Positions 10,486 to 20,276 of a DNA stretch of 64,000 nucleotides are shown here, one piece after another (position 1 is the stretch's first letter; every line of letters starts with the position of its first letter). The stretch is from the NCBI GenBank assembly GCA_965208835.1, contig OZ242358.1, forward strand, positions 3,776,001-3,840,000, given 5' to 3'. This stretch comes from Candidatus Latescibacterota bacterium. GTDB lineage: Bacteria > Latescibacterota > UBA2968 > GCA-2709665. Position numbers and translations under genes: made by a program. Under the pieces are notes generated by a model that saw nothing but the letters and a program-made list of their open reading frames with translations, did not search any database and was not told where the DNA came from.

Positions 10486-10719
10486 AGAGCTGTCTTAAAA
10501 TTCCCAGCGGTCTTCGCACGGCTGCAAAAGCGCCGTGCGGCGTTGGTCAAACCCACTCGTCTTACGAGATCGAGGCTGCGCTTGCTCGCCTCTCATAGGC
10601 GGGTTTTCCCGTCGGAGCCGCGCGCCCCTCGTGCCTCGGCACTACGCGCCCCTCGCGCCTCATAGCCGCCACTTTTTCGCTCGTGCTCGGGAACTCACCG
10701 GTCAATTTAAAACAGCTTC
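10486..10719 (-). mobile_element. MITE-like element, family B
   Basis: Near-identical to 8914-9146; ends AGAGCTGTCTTAAAA...TTTAAAACAGCTTC; flanks TGA/CGA. Confidence 0.8.
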
Positions 10720-10732
10720 CGAGGCTTGTGGG

Positions 10733-10761
10733 TTGACAAGCTGCGGTGAATGTGCTATCTT
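10733..10761 (+). promoter_or_regulatory. Sigma70-type promoter of the yicC-gmk-rpoZ-coaBC operon
   Basis: TTGACA-17bp-TATCTT with an extended -10 TG. Confidence 0.65.
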
Positions 10762-10799
10762 TTTCCGTTTCAGAATTTTACACGATTTGTGCTGTGTAG

Positions 10800-10959
10800 C
10801 AGTCCGTTGATACTGTCGCTCTGCAGGCGAGGGCGAGACGTCGTGGCCGAAGACAAGGCGCGCGACCCAGTCCCATCCAGCGATTCGGCGAGGATGCGCA
10901 ACGCAGGCCTTTGGCCACGAGAGCCGGCCGCAGCCCGGATGGGCTTTTTCGCCGGGCTG
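10800..10959 (+). mobile_element. MITE-like element, family A, in the yicC 5' leader
   Basis: CAGTCCGTTGATA...TTTTTCGCCGGGCTG; flanks GTAG/CTAT; homologous to 17997-18156. Confidence 0.8.
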
Positions 10960-10977
10960 CTATATCCAGGAGAACGC

Positions 10978-11856
10978 ATGGTTGTCAGCATGACGGGTTT
11001 CGGGAGGGGAGAAGTCGAAACAGACGGCTACCGGGCGTCGGTGGAACTGCGGTCTGTCAACGGGCGCTACGGCGAGGTATCCGTCCATTTGCCCAGACAC
11101 CTGTCTCCCCTGGAACAACGGATCAAGGAGCTCGTGCTTTCAGTTTTCTCCCGGGGCCACATTCGTGTCTCGGTGAGTGTGAGCGGCGACTCGCTTGGAC
11201 AGGGCATCCCGGTTCTGAATGAACGTGTCTTTGAGGGATATCGAGACGGACTTGCGCGGTTGCAGACTCGTTTGGGCGCTTCAAATGCACCCGATCCCCT
11301 GCAGGTCGCGCTGATGCCGAGTGTATTCGAAATCGAAACCAGCCCACCGGATCTGGAAGCAGTCTGGAAGGTGGTTGCGCCGGCCTGTGAACGGGCCGTC
11401 GCTCAATGCCATTCGATGCGGGAGACAGAGGGAAAACAGCTGGCAGCGGATCTCGTCCAGCGGGTTCATCAACTCGAGGATCTGGTGGGGCAAATACAGG
11501 AATTGGCACCCGGTCAGGTCGCGTCCACCCGCAGGAGGCTCGACGAGAAACTCCGGGAACTCATCGCCCCTGAGAGTGTCGACCAGAACCGTCTCCTCAC
11601 GGAAATTGCCCTGCTCTCGGAGCGCATGGACATTACCGAGGAAACGGTCCGCTTCCACAGTCACAACGAACAGTTTCTGAAGACGCTGGGTCGCGACGAG
11701 CCGGTCGGCAGGCGTCTGAATTTTCTTCTCCAGGAGATGCTCCGCGAGGCAAACACAATCGGCTCCAAAGCAGGCGACACCGGAATTGCGCATCTGGTGG
11801 TTGGGATCAAGGAAGAGATCGAGAAGCTCAGAGAGCAGGTGCAGAATATAGAATAG
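10978..11856 (+). CDS. yicC: YicC/YloC family endoribonuclease
   Basis: SMTGFGR, ELRSVN.RY, DITEETVR, GRRLNFLLQEM.REANTIGSK and EKLREQVQNIE. Confidence 0.95.
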   Translation: MVVSMTGFGRGEVETDGYRASVELRSVNGRYGEVSVHLPRHLSPLEQRIKELVLSVFSRGHIRVSVSVSGDSLGQGIPVLNERVFEGYRDGLARLQTRLGASNAPDPLQVALMPSVFEIETSPPDLEAVWKVVAPACERAVAQCHSMRETEGKQLAADLVQRVHQLEDLVGQIQELAPGQVASTRRRLDEKLRELIAPESVDQNRLLTEIALLSERMDITEETVRFHSHNEQFLKTLGRDEPVGRRLNFLLQEMLREANTIGSKAGDTGIAHLVVGIKEEIEKLREQVQNIE

Positions 11857-11876
11857 CAGCGTGATCGGTTCCACAG

Positions 11877-12542
11877 ATGGAAAAACCGTTCGGAATTGAG
11901 GCCCTGCAAGACCGCCTCGTTAGCAATCCCGCGTCGTTCGTCGTGGTACTGTCGGGTCCTGCAGGCGCAGGAAAGACAACCATCCGCCAGGGACTGCTGG
12001 AATGCGACAACGCGTTGCGGGTATGTGTGACCACCACCACACGCGCCAAACGCCTTAACGAAGTGGACGGCGTCGACTACCATTTCGTCTCGGAAGATGC
12101 GTTTCGTGCGGGGCTGAAACAGAGGTGTTTTTTCGAATGGGCGGAGGTGTACGGCTTTCTTTACGGCGCAACCTTCGAGGCGATCGCGCACGCGCTTGGA
12201 CAAGGCGGCGTTGTGCTGCTCGTGGCAGACGTGCAGGGCGCGGCGGTGTGGAAGCGCTTGCTCAGGAAACGATGCGTCAGCGTGTTCGTGCTGCCGCCAT
12301 CGGTCAAGGTGCTTGAGGAGCGCCTGGGAGGGCGTAAGACCGAAGAGGGTGGCGTCTTAAAGCGCAGGCTGGAGAATGCGAGGTCTGAACTTGCTAAAGC
12401 CGTGGAGTTCGATTATCTCGTCGTCAATGGGGAGCTTGATCGCGCCATATCCGATGTTCAGGAACTGATTCGCGTTGAAAGGCGCAGGCCATGGCGAACG
12501 CCCGACTTAATTGATGAATTCGGGCGCCGGAGTGTGCCTTAG
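11877..12542 (+). CDS. gmk: Guanylate kinase
   Basis: SGPAGAGKTT P-loop, TTR..R.NEVDGVDYHFVS and EWAEVYG. Confidence 0.95.
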   Translation: MEKPFGIEALQDRLVSNPASFVVVLSGPAGAGKTTIRQGLLECDNALRVCVTTTTRAKRLNEVDGVDYHFVSEDAFRAGLKQRCFFEWAEVYGFLYGATFEAIAHALGQGGVVLLVADVQGAAVWKRLLRKRCVSVFVLPPSVKVLEERLGGRKTEEGGVLKRRLENARSELAKAVEFDYLVVNGELDRAISDVQELIRVERRRPWRTPDLIDEFGRRSVP

Positions 12543-12649
12543 AATGTATTTGCGACGGGCAATCAGATCGTACAAATCAGTTGCACGTAAAACGACTCGA
12601 TTGCGATCACGGGCAACCCTGCCCCACACAGACGGAGGATTGGATCCAA

Positions 12650-12910
12650 ATGTCACGGATTTTCTTTCTCGAAGAGATCAGCAGCGACGAAATTAACCCG
12701 TATGAGGCGGTCAGCGCCGCGTCTAGAGAGTCCCGCCGGATCAACCAGGCCCGGATGGCGAGAGACGTTTCAGGAGAGGCGGAAAAACCCACGACGCTAT
12801 CGCTGGATCGTCTCTCCACGGGAAAAGTAAAAGTTGCGTACGACACCGATGAGGAAATGGAAGCGGAAGATGGCAATGCCGTCGAAAATGAGGATCCTGC
12901 TGGGAATTAG
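12650..12910 (+). CDS. rpoZ: RNA polymerase omega subunit
   Basis: Between gmk and coaBC; NPYEAV.AASRESRRIN and KPTTLSL; GGAGG RBS. Confidence 0.8.
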   Translation: MSRIFFLEEISSDEINPYEAVSAASRESRRINQARMARDVSGEAEKPTTLSLDRLSTGKVKVAYDTDEEMEAEDGNAVENEDPAGN

Positions 12911-14081
12911 CGGTGGGATTGCCGCCTACAAGGGGGTTGAGGTACTTCGTGGCCTGCAGCGTGAAGGCGCCGAAGTACGGGTGGCGATGACCGCGGCTGC
13001 GCAGAAATTCATACAGCCGCTGACGTTTGAGGCGCTCTCCGGCCACCCTGTCTACACCCGGCTTTTTCCTGACGCGGGGGATCCGGATATTGTTCACGTC
13101 AAGTTGGGCGAATGGCCCGAACTGATTCTGATTGCCCCTGCAACGGCCAATGTGATTGCCAAAATGGCAAACGGCCTCGCGGACGATCTGCTGACGTGTA
13201 CCTTGCTTTCCAGTGAAGCGCCGGTGATGGTTGCACCGGCAATGGAGACCGCAATGTACCGTCATCCTGCGTCGCAACGCAATCTCCAGCGGCTTGCCGA
13301 TATGGGATATCGCCTGATTGGTCCCGAGGAAGGTGCGCTTGCATCGGGCCGCAGCGGGATGGGGCGGCTTGCGGACCCGGAGCGCATCGTCGCCGAAGCA
13401 GTCTCCTCGGCAGCGACATTCGGAGATCTTTCGGGTAGAAAGATCCTTGTTACTGGAGGGCGGACGGAAGAAGACATCGACCCGGTTCGTTTTATCACGA
13501 ATCGATCCACCGGAAAGATGGGGTACGCGGTGGCCCGCCGCGCCAGGCAGCGCGGCGCGGACGTGGTTCTTGTGAGCGGCCCGGCCGATTTGGATCAACC
13601 CGCTGGTGTGGAACTCATTCGAGTAAGAACGGTTTCCGAAATGCGTGCGGCGACCGAATCGGCATTTGACGAGGCGCATGCCCTGGTCATGACGGCGGCC
13701 GTGCTGGATTTCAGGCCTCGCGTCGTCGCCGACGCGAAAATCAAAAAGAACGCCAACGGGTTGACGCTGGATCTCGTTGCGAACGAAGACTTTCTGGTAG
13801 GGCTGGGCGCCCGGAAGAAAGGCCGGATCTTGGTCGGATTTGCGATGGAAACGGAGAATGGCCTGCCAAACGCGCGAAAGAAACTCGTTGAAAAGCACCT
13901 GGATCTGATCGTCATGAACGATTTGAACGTATCGGGCGCCGGATTCGGCGTGGACACCAATGTGGTCACGCTGATCGACGGGGATGAGGCAGAACCCTTG
14001 CCAAAGATGTCCAAACTCGAGGTTGCAGATCGGATTCTGGATTGGGTGATAGACCGTTGGACCCAGACGCCGAGACCATAG
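12870..14081 (+). CDS. coaBC: Phosphopantothenoylcysteine decarboxylase/ligase CoaBC
   Basis: GISGGIAAYK, APATAN, APAM and T.EDIDPVRFITNRSTGKMG; exact start uncertain (12870-12888). Confidence 0.95.
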   Translation: MAMPSKMRILLGISGGIAAYKGVEVLRGLQREGAEVRVAMTAAAQKFIQPLTFEALSGHPVYTRLFPDAGDPDIVHVKLGEWPELILIAPATANVIAKMANGLADDLLTCTLLSSEAPVMVAPAMETAMYRHPASQRNLQRLADMGYRLIGPEEGALASGRSGMGRLADPERIVAEAVSSAATFGDLSGRKILVTGGRTEEDIDPVRFITNRSTGKMGYAVARRARQRGADVVLVSGPADLDQPAGVELIRVRTVSEMRAATESAFDEAHALVMTAAVLDFRPRVVADAKIKKNANGLTLDLVANEDFLVGLGARKKGRILVGFAMETENGLPNARKKLVEKHLDLIVMNDLNVSGAGFGVDTNVVTLIDGDEAEPLPKMSKLEVADRILDWVIDRWTQTPRP

Positions 14082-14716
14082 AGACCCTGAAAGCCGTGCG
14101 AACATTTGTTGAGGCGCAGGCGGAATTTGGTCTGACGGAGTTCAGGCGCGCCGGCGCCGGTGCGAAGCTTGCCGATTTTCACGAATCGATCCGTGACTGC
14201 CGACTGTGCGGGCTATGCGAGCAGCGGCGCAGCGTTGTCTTCGGCAGCGGCAATCCGGATGCGGGACTGATGTTTGTCGGTGAGGCGCCAGGGGCGGAAG
14301 AAGACAGGACGGGGCTGCCGTTCGTCGGAGCAGCCGGCGCATTGCTCACCCGCATGATCGAAGCCATCGGTTTCAAGCGTGAAGAGGTCTATATTGCCAA
14401 CGTTATCAAATGCAGGCCGCCGGGTAACCGGGACCCGCGACCGGAGGAAATAGAAACGTGCAAGCCCTTTCTCGAACGGCAGATTGAGCACATACAACCG
14501 GCTGCGATCTGCGCCCTCGGTCTATTCGCCGCGCAGACCCTGTTGGAGACCTGTGAACCGATGGGCAGTCTCCGGGGTCGGATCTTTTCGTATCGCGGCA
14601 TCCATCTGATCCCCACCTATCATCCGGCCGCACTCCTGCGAAACCGGCATTGGAAACGTCCCGCCTGGGAGGATCTGCAGTTGCTCAGGCGCGTTTACGA
14701 TAACGCCGCCGGCTAA
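14042..14716 (+). CDS. Family 4 uracil-DNA glycosylase (Fe-S)
   Basis: Cxx[14 protein letters not shown] and YHPAA. Confidence 0.92.
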   Translation: MGDRPLDPDAETIETLKAVRTFVEAQAEFGLTEFRRAGAGAKLADFHESIRDCRLCGLCEQRRSVVFGSGNPDAGLMFVGEAPGAEEDRTGLPFVGAAGALLTRMIEAIGFKREEVYIANVIKCRPPGNRDPRPEEIETCKPFLERQIEHIQPAAICALGLFAAQTLLETCEPMGSLRGRIFSYRGIHLIPTYHPAALLRNRHWKRPAWEDLQLLRRVYDNAAG

Positions 14717-14772
14717 CAACCGCGCGTTCCCGACCCCTCGTTTGGACAAGCTCGTACTCATCGCGTGATCTT

Positions 14773-16152
14773 ATGGCTTCCCAACCATCGAGTACACAGA
14801 CTCCCGTCGATCGTCCGCAACCTCAGGCGCTTGAGGTCGAACGGGCGGTTCTCGGCGCGATGTTCATTGACAACGCGGCTATCAGCCGGGTGATCGAGGT
14901 CCTTGGCGACGAGACGGCGTTCTACCATACCGCAAACCGCCGGGTATATGCGGCCCTGCTCGCGTTAACCGAGCGGGGACTGCCGGTGGATGAGGTGACG
15001 GTTGCGGAGGAATTGAAACGCCGCGGGCAATTTGAAGACGTGGGCGGGTATGCCTATGTTGCCGGCCTGGGCGGCGAAATGGCGACCGGCGCAAACGCGG
15101 AATACCATGCCAGAATCGTGCTCGAGCGCGCCCAGCGCCGCAGGTTGATCGACGCGTCCACGCAAACGATTGCGGAGTGTTACGACGAGGCGGAAGAGGT
15201 CCACGAGGTAATCGACCGGGCCGAGCAGCGGGTGTTCGGAATTGCTGAAGGCGAACTCGGACAGGGTGTCGTGTCGCTGCAGTCCAAACTGCACGAGACA
15301 TTTGAACTCATTGAAAAAGTCCAGAAACAGCCCGGCGCCCTTTCGGGCGTTTCCACAGGATATGCTGATCTAGACAGGATAACGGCCGGGCTGCAGACTT
15401 CGGATCTGATCATCATTGCCTCACGCCCCTCGATGGGGAAGACTGCACTGACGTTGTGCATGGCGCGAAATGCAGCCGTTGAAGAGAAAACACCGGTTCT
15501 CTATTTCTCTCTGGAAATGAGTATGCAGCAACTCGCGATTCGTTTGCTCTGCGCCGAAGCCCGTGTGAATTCGCACCGGCTGCGTACCGGCAGGCTGTCA
15601 ACCGAAGAGTGGGAGCGGATGGCGACCTGGACCGGAAAGCTGTCACAGGCGCCGTTTTTTATTGACGACACACCCGGCATCTCCGTTCTGGAGCTGCGGG
15701 CCAAAGCCCGCCGCGCCAAACTGGAGCACGGCATCGGCATAATCGTTGTGGATTACCTCCAGCTGATGACAACCTCAGCGCGAGCGGACAACCGGGAACA
15801 GGAAATCGCGAGTATTTCGCGATCGCTCAAAGCGCTGGCCAAGGAACTGGACCTGCCGGTTGTCGCCTGTGCGCAGTTGTCGCGCGCGGTCGAGTCCCGG
15901 ACGGACAGGCGGCCGCAGCTCTCCGATTTGCGCGAGAGCGGCAGCATCGAGCAGGACGCTGACGTCGTCGCGTTTCTCTATCGGCCGGAGGTGTACGGTA
16001 TACCCGATGAAGAGGGAAATCCACAACCGGACAAGGCCGAGATCATTATCGGCAAGCAGCGCAACGGTCCGACAGGCAGCGTGGATCTGCGGTTCATGAG
16101 TGATTATCTGAGGTTTGAGGAGTACGAAACTTTCCGCGACGATCCATTCTAG
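14773..16152 (+). CDS. dnaB: Replicative DNA helicase, no intein
   Basis: SRPSMGKT, FSLEM, VDYLQL, QLSRAVE and DLRESGSIEQDAD. Confidence 0.97.
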   Translation: MASQPSSTQTPVDRPQPQALEVERAVLGAMFIDNAAISRVIEVLGDETAFYHTANRRVYAALLALTERGLPVDEVTVAEELKRRGQFEDVGGYAYVAGLGGEMATGANAEYHARIVLERAQRRRLIDASTQTIAECYDEAEEVHEVIDRAEQRVFGIAEGELGQGVVSLQSKLHETFELIEKVQKQPGALSGVSTGYADLDRITAGLQTSDLIIIASRPSMGKTALTLCMARNAAVEEKTPVLYFSLEMSMQQLAIRLLCAEARVNSHRLRTGRLSTEEWERMATWTGKLSQAPFFIDDTPGISVLELRAKARRAKLEHGIGIIVVDYLQLMTTSARADNREQEIASISRSLKALAKELDLPVVACAQLSRAVESRTDRRPQLSDLRESGSIEQDADVVAFLYRPEVYGIPDEEGNPQPDKAEIIIGKQRNGPTGSVDLRFMSDYLRFEEYETFRDDPF

Positions 16153-16334
16153 CGCCTGACACTCGACCATTCGGATCATGCCAGCACGCCGCCGGCCGTT
16201 ACCGCAGCGACCGCAACCGTGTACGAACTGAAATCAACCTCAAACCGAAATAAACAGCAACGCGGCGACGCGATTAAACCCTCCGAAACGGGGCAATATC
16301 GACGTATAGAAGGACATTTTTCCATTCACTTCCG

Positions 16335-16430
16335 GTGACCTGGTGTATCCTGGTAATCCGCCGTCTAATCGCCTTTATTTACAAGCACATATTCGAGTTA
16401 ACGTCCCCGAAGACTTACGAATCAAGGTCA
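16335..16430 (+). repeat. 96-bp dispersed repeat, family C copy 1, upstream of kptA
   Basis: Only 3 substitutions versus 51107-51200; short terminal inverted repeat TGACCT...AGGTCA. Confidence 0.85.
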
Positions 16431-16461
16431 AACCTTGAATCTATCAAACCGAGGAATGAAA

Positions 16462-17100
16462 ATGGAAGGTTACCGATCTCCAGTCAGGGTATCCAAGCTG
16501 CTCTCACTGATGCTCAGGCATCGGCCGGAAGAGTTCGGCGTCCAGGTGGACGGGTACGGCTTCGCGGACTTCGACGCGGTGATATCCGCATTGAAGAAAC
16601 AGGATGCCGATATCGAAGTCGAGGACGTAGAAGCATTGGTATATAAGGCCACCAAGAAACGGTTTGAGATTGTCGAAGGGCGGATCCGTGCGCGCTATGG
16701 ACATAGTTTCGCCATGGAACTGGGATCCGAACCCATCGAACCTCCCGAACACCTGTACAAGGGCGCAGGCGTGTCGGAAGTGGAAGGCATTCTGAGATCG
16801 GGATTGAAGCCCGATAACAGGCAATACGTACATCTCTCTTTCGACGCTGACGTCGCGCGAAGGCTTGCGGGACACCGGCGGGAGCCGGGGACCGTGATAC
16901 GGGTTGAGGCGAGAAAGGCCGCCGGGGGCGGGATTCAGTTCTTCGACTGCGGCCCCACGGTCCTCTCACGGGAAATTCCGCCCGATTTTCTCACTGTCGA
17001 AGACACACCGGCGCCGGTTCTGGATGGCGGCGTGTCTGAGAAGCAACGCGAGGAACCGGTTTCGTACGGAAGAAAACGTCGATTTGGGTCGCGGAGATAG
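16462..17100 (+). CDS. kptA: RNA 2'-phosphotransferase, Tpt1/KptA family
   Basis: LSLMLRH, KKRF, IRARYGHS and RQYVHLS; the usual HGT motif reads KGA. Confidence 0.9.
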   Translation: MEGYRSPVRVSKLLSLMLRHRPEEFGVQVDGYGFADFDAVISALKKQDADIEVEDVEALVYKATKKRFEIVEGRIRARYGHSFAMELGSEPIEPPEHLYKGAGVSEVEGILRSGLKPDNRQYVHLSFDADVARRLAGHRREPGTVIRVEARKAAGGGIQFFDCGPTVLSREIPPDFLTVEDTPAPVLDGGVSEKQREEPVSYGRKRRFGSRR

Positions 17101-17105
17101 CAAAC

Positions 17106-17996
17106 GTGGCAAAACAGGATCGGTCGGGAGCACACGCATTGTTGAAAACAGCCGCCAGTCTCTCCGGCGAGATTGGCGCTGATCTCGTTTTGCTCGTGGC
17201 GGACTCCGGTGTGACCAGGACGGCTGTTCAATCCCTGAACGATTCCTGTCCGGTGCTGCTGGTTACCCGACGCAATCGCTTTCTTCAGGGTATCGAGAGT
17301 ATGGGGATCCGCCGGTTAAGGCTTGATTTCGACGATGTTTCTCATCTGGAACGGGTGCGGCAGGGCATTATGCTGGGCATGGAGGCCGGTCACATCAAAA
17401 AGGGCAGTCGGCTGATCTGCCTCTCAAGCGTCATGGAACACGGTGGTGTGGACACGTTGATGACCGTGGATACCCGCAGGGAGTTTGAGGACTTCGATCC
17501 GGAGAGCCTGGCTCTGCTTGCGGACGATCTCCCAATCGAAGTGGTCAAGTCGGTGCTGGATATCGCCCTTGACATCGGACGTGAAGGCCGGGAAGGGGAG
17601 CAGGTAGGCACCCTCTTCGTGCTGGGCGACTCCGACCGCGTGCTGGCGAATTCCCGCGTGATGACGTATGATCCGTTCCGCGGGTATTCAAGACGGGAGC
17701 GGAACATCTGCGATCCCGACAACCGCGAAGGTGTGAAGGAGGTTTCTCTGATGGACGGCGCCTTCATCGTCCAGGAGGATGGCGTCATTCGCTCAGGTTG
17801 TCGCTATATCACCTCCTACGTGAGGGGTCTCACCCTGCCCAAGGGGTTGGGTGCGCGGCATGTCGCCGCGGCAGCGGTAACCAAGAACACCGAAGCGATC
17901 GCGGTGGCGGTTTCGGAGTCTACCGGTACGGTTCGGGTCTTTAAACGCGGAGAGATCGTCCTCCGGCGAGACCCGGGCCGCCGCATCGCCCGTTAG
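17106..17996 (+). CDS. Diadenylate cyclase (DisA_N/DAC domain, DacZ-like, soluble N-terminal domain)
   Basis: GREGE.VGTLFV.GD, DGA, GLGARH.AA and VSESTG.V; no TM helices. Confidence 0.88.
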   Translation: MAKQDRSGAHALLKTAASLSGEIGADLVLLVADSGVTRTAVQSLNDSCPVLLVTRRNRFLQGIESMGIRRLRLDFDDVSHLERVRQGIMLGMEAGHIKKGSRLICLSSVMEHGGVDTLMTVDTRREFEDFDPESLALLADDLPIEVVKSVLDIALDIGREGREGEQVGTLFVLGDSDRVLANSRVMTYDPFRGYSRRERNICDPDNREGVKEVSLMDGAFIVQEDGVIRSGCRYITSYVRGLTLPKGLGARHVAAAAVTKNTEAIAVAVSESTGTVRVFKRGEIVLRRDPGRRIAR

Positions 17997-18156
17997 CAGT
18001 CCGTTGATAAAGTCGCTCTGCAGGCGAGGCCGAGCCATTGTGGCCGAAGACAAGGCGCGCGACCGAGTCCCATCCTGCGATTCGGCGAGGGAGCGCAACG
18101 CAGTATTTCGACCGCAAGGGCCGGCCGCAGCCCGGATGGACTTTTTCAACGGGCTG
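17997..18156 (+). mobile_element. MITE-like element, family A, inserted at the DAC stop codon
   Basis: Inverted repeats CAGTCCGTTGATAAAGTC / GACTTTTTCAACGGGCTG; exact TTAG duplication at 17993-96 and 18157-60. Confidence 0.88.
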
Positions 18157-18279
18157 TTAGACGGTCGTTTCCGGTTGCCTTTATAGGCACGCGGTAAGAC
18201 CGGTATGGGGATACGCGGGATCACTGCCGGCCGTCTTCAGATGTGCGCGTTTCACCGGACACATTGGGATGATTGCCCG

Positions 18280-18783
18280 ATGAAAATACGGCTGCGTCGG
18301 CGCGAAAACCACATAGAGGCCGTCATAGGGGACATTGTGCATCAGGTAAACCGGGTCGCCCGGGCATTCCCGAGAAGCAACGCCGACCGCTTCATCGGGT
18401 TAATGGGAGAAGACGGACATGAGATCTGTCTGATCGAAGATCCCGGCACGCTGGACGCCGATTCTCAGGAAATATTGGTCGCCGCGTTGAAGGACACTTA
18501 CTTTATTCCGCGGATTCGGGAAATCCTGGCGATGTCGCCTCGCGGAACGGGCGGTGAATGGACCGTTGTCACGGAAGAGGGAGAAGTCGAGTTTCGAACG
18601 CAGGACCGCGAGGCGCTGGACGGTTCGGAACCGCCGTCGATCACGGTAACTGACGAGAACGGCAGGCGTTATCGGATTGAGGACTACTGGGCAATGGATC
18701 GGGAGAGTCGAAATACAATGCGCGATCTCGTACCGGATGAGGTCTTGCGGCGCAGGGCCAGGGTTGTTTCGCTCCGCCGGTAG
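18280..18783 (+). CDS. DUF1854-domain protein
   Basis: RAFP.S, GHEICLIED...LD..S, YFIPRI and ITVTDENGRRYRI. Confidence 0.7.
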   Translation: MKIRLRRRENHIEAVIGDIVHQVNRVARAFPRSNADRFIGLMGEDGHEICLIEDPGTLDADSQEILVAALKDTYFIPRIREILAMSPRGTGGEWTVVTEEGEVEFRTQDREALDGSEPPSITVTDENGRRYRIEDYWAMDRESRNTMRDLVPDEVLRRRARVVSLRR

Positions 18784-18895
18784 TGTTCTCTATTTCGGTA
18801 CCGGACATGGAGTGAGCACGCCTGTCAAGGGGTCGGCGAAGGGATATCGATTGGCCATCGACGGATATTGAAACGCGGGCATTTCGACAAGCTCA

Positions 18896-20266
18896 ATGAC
18901 CACGTTTCAGCCAGACGGGATGAATCGGCGGTCGAATGGTGAGGAATTTTTGGGACAGGACACCCGGCAAAGCAGATTCTTGATTTCCGGTATCCTGATC
19001 GGCGTGTGTGCAGTCGGCATATTGGCACTGGGTGAATCCCGGTACAGGATGCCGCTTTTTTTTGGTCTGTTCGGGCTCTGGATGGTCTTCTACCTGGTGG
19101 CTGTGTGGCATTGTACAGGGGCTTCACTGAAGACTGTGGTGCTGTTTGGCCTTCTGTTCCGCGTCATTCTGGTTTTTTCCGCGCCCGGCCTATCGGACGA
19201 CGCCTACCGGTACCTGTGGGACGGACGCGTGCAGGCCTGGGGGATAAATCCCTACGTGTATCCACCTGCTTCCGAAGCGCTCGCCGACCTCAAAGACGAC
19301 GAGGTCTTCTCCCAGGTAAACCATCCCGAAGTACCCACCATCTACCCCCCTTTGGCTCAGATGTTCTTCCGCATGTGTTATCTCATTCATCCGTCGATCT
19401 GGACCATTAAGATCGGCCTCGCTCTTTTCGATCTGTTGACGGCGTGGTTTCTTCTGGGATTGATTCGGCTATACGATCAGCATCCGGGACAGTTGCTTAT
19501 ATACCTCTGGCACCCCCTGTTGCTGGTGGAGGTGGCGGGCAACGGCCACATCGATGCGCTGGGTGTTTCCTTCATGGTTATTGCGTTCCTCTATCTTCAG
19601 GTTGGAGGTTACGCGAGGGCCTTCGCCGCGCTGGCACTCTCCTTTTTGAGCAAGTTCTTTGCCATCTGCCTGGTTCCGGTCTTCTTGCGCTGGATCTGCG
19701 GGAGGATTTCCCGTAGGACCGAAGGGCGTTTGCCGGCTTGCTTCAGACCACAGGCCGTATGGTCTGTGCTGATTTTCACGGTGACGATAGCGGCCGGGTA
19801 CCTGCCCTACCTGGAAGCCGGAGAGGCACTGTTCACAGGGTTCCTCACGTATGCCGAACACTGGAGCTTCAATGCACCGGCCTTTGACATCCTCAGTTAC
19901 GTGCTGGGTAACCCGCAGTGGGCACGCACGGTCATTGCGGTCGCGTTTGCCATGGCGGTAATTCTCGTCACGTTCAACAGGATGCCGCCGATTCAGGCAG
20001 GTTTCTTCCTCGTCGGCGCCTTCCTGTTGCTTACGCCGACATTGCACCCATGGTATGCGATCTGGATGGTACCCTTTATGGTCTTCTACAGGCAACCGGC
20101 ATGGCTGGTCTTTACAGGTCTGATCGCAATTTCGTATCACGTCCTGATCAGATATGCGAGCGAAGGGATATGGGAGGAGGCGGTCTGGGTGAAGGCTGTT
20201 CTATTCGGCGGGTTCGCGCTTGTCTGGGCATTCGAATGGATAAAGAAGCGACGCGCCGAGACCTGA
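18896..20266 (+). CDS. GT-C fold membrane glycosyltransferase (GT87/DUF2029-like)
   Basis: SDDAYRYLWDG..QAWGINPY, TIYPP, GNGHID and HPWY; many TM helices; start uncertain. Confidence 0.78.
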   Translation: MTTFQPDGMNRRSNGEEFLGQDTRQSRFLISGILIGVCAVGILALGESRYRMPLFFGLFGLWMVFYLVAVWHCTGASLKTVVLFGLLFRVILVFSAPGLSDDAYRYLWDGRVQAWGINPYVYPPASEALADLKDDEVFSQVNHPEVPTIYPPLAQMFFRMCYLIHPSIWTIKIGLALFDLLTAWFLLGLIRLYDQHPGQLLIYLWHPLLLVEVAGNGHIDALGVSFMVIAFLYLQVGGYARAFAALALSFLSKFFAICLVPVFLRWICGRISRRTEGRLPACFRPQAVWSVLIFTVTIAAGYLPYLEAGEALFTGFLTYAEHWSFNAPAFDILSYVLGNPQWARTVIAVAFAMAVILVTFNRMPPIQAGFFLVGAFLLLTPTLHPWYAIWMVPFMVFYRQPAWLVFTGLIAISYHVLIRYASEGIWEEAVWVKAVLFGGFALVWAFEWIKKRRAET

Positions 20267-20276
20267 GGTCCGCAGC

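Noticed and set aside
8914-10719. Composite transposon formed by two family B copies around the oxidoreductase and DUF151 genes
   Set aside because: Each copy has its own near-duplicated flanks (CAA/TAA and TGA/CGA), which indicates independent insertions.
10750-10977. In-frame N-terminal extension of YicC through the family A element, and recurring peptide-like ORFs in family A/B copies
   Set aside because: An AGGAG RBS and ATG at 10978 give the normal YicC start, and open frames of about 55 codons are unremarkable in GC-rich hairpins.
14773-16152. Intein in DnaB
   Set aside because: 459 aa is the normal length and the motifs are uninterrupted.
18781-18810. TAGTGTTCT after the DUF1854 stop as a family E remnant
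   Set aside because: The match is only about 9 bp with no partner end.
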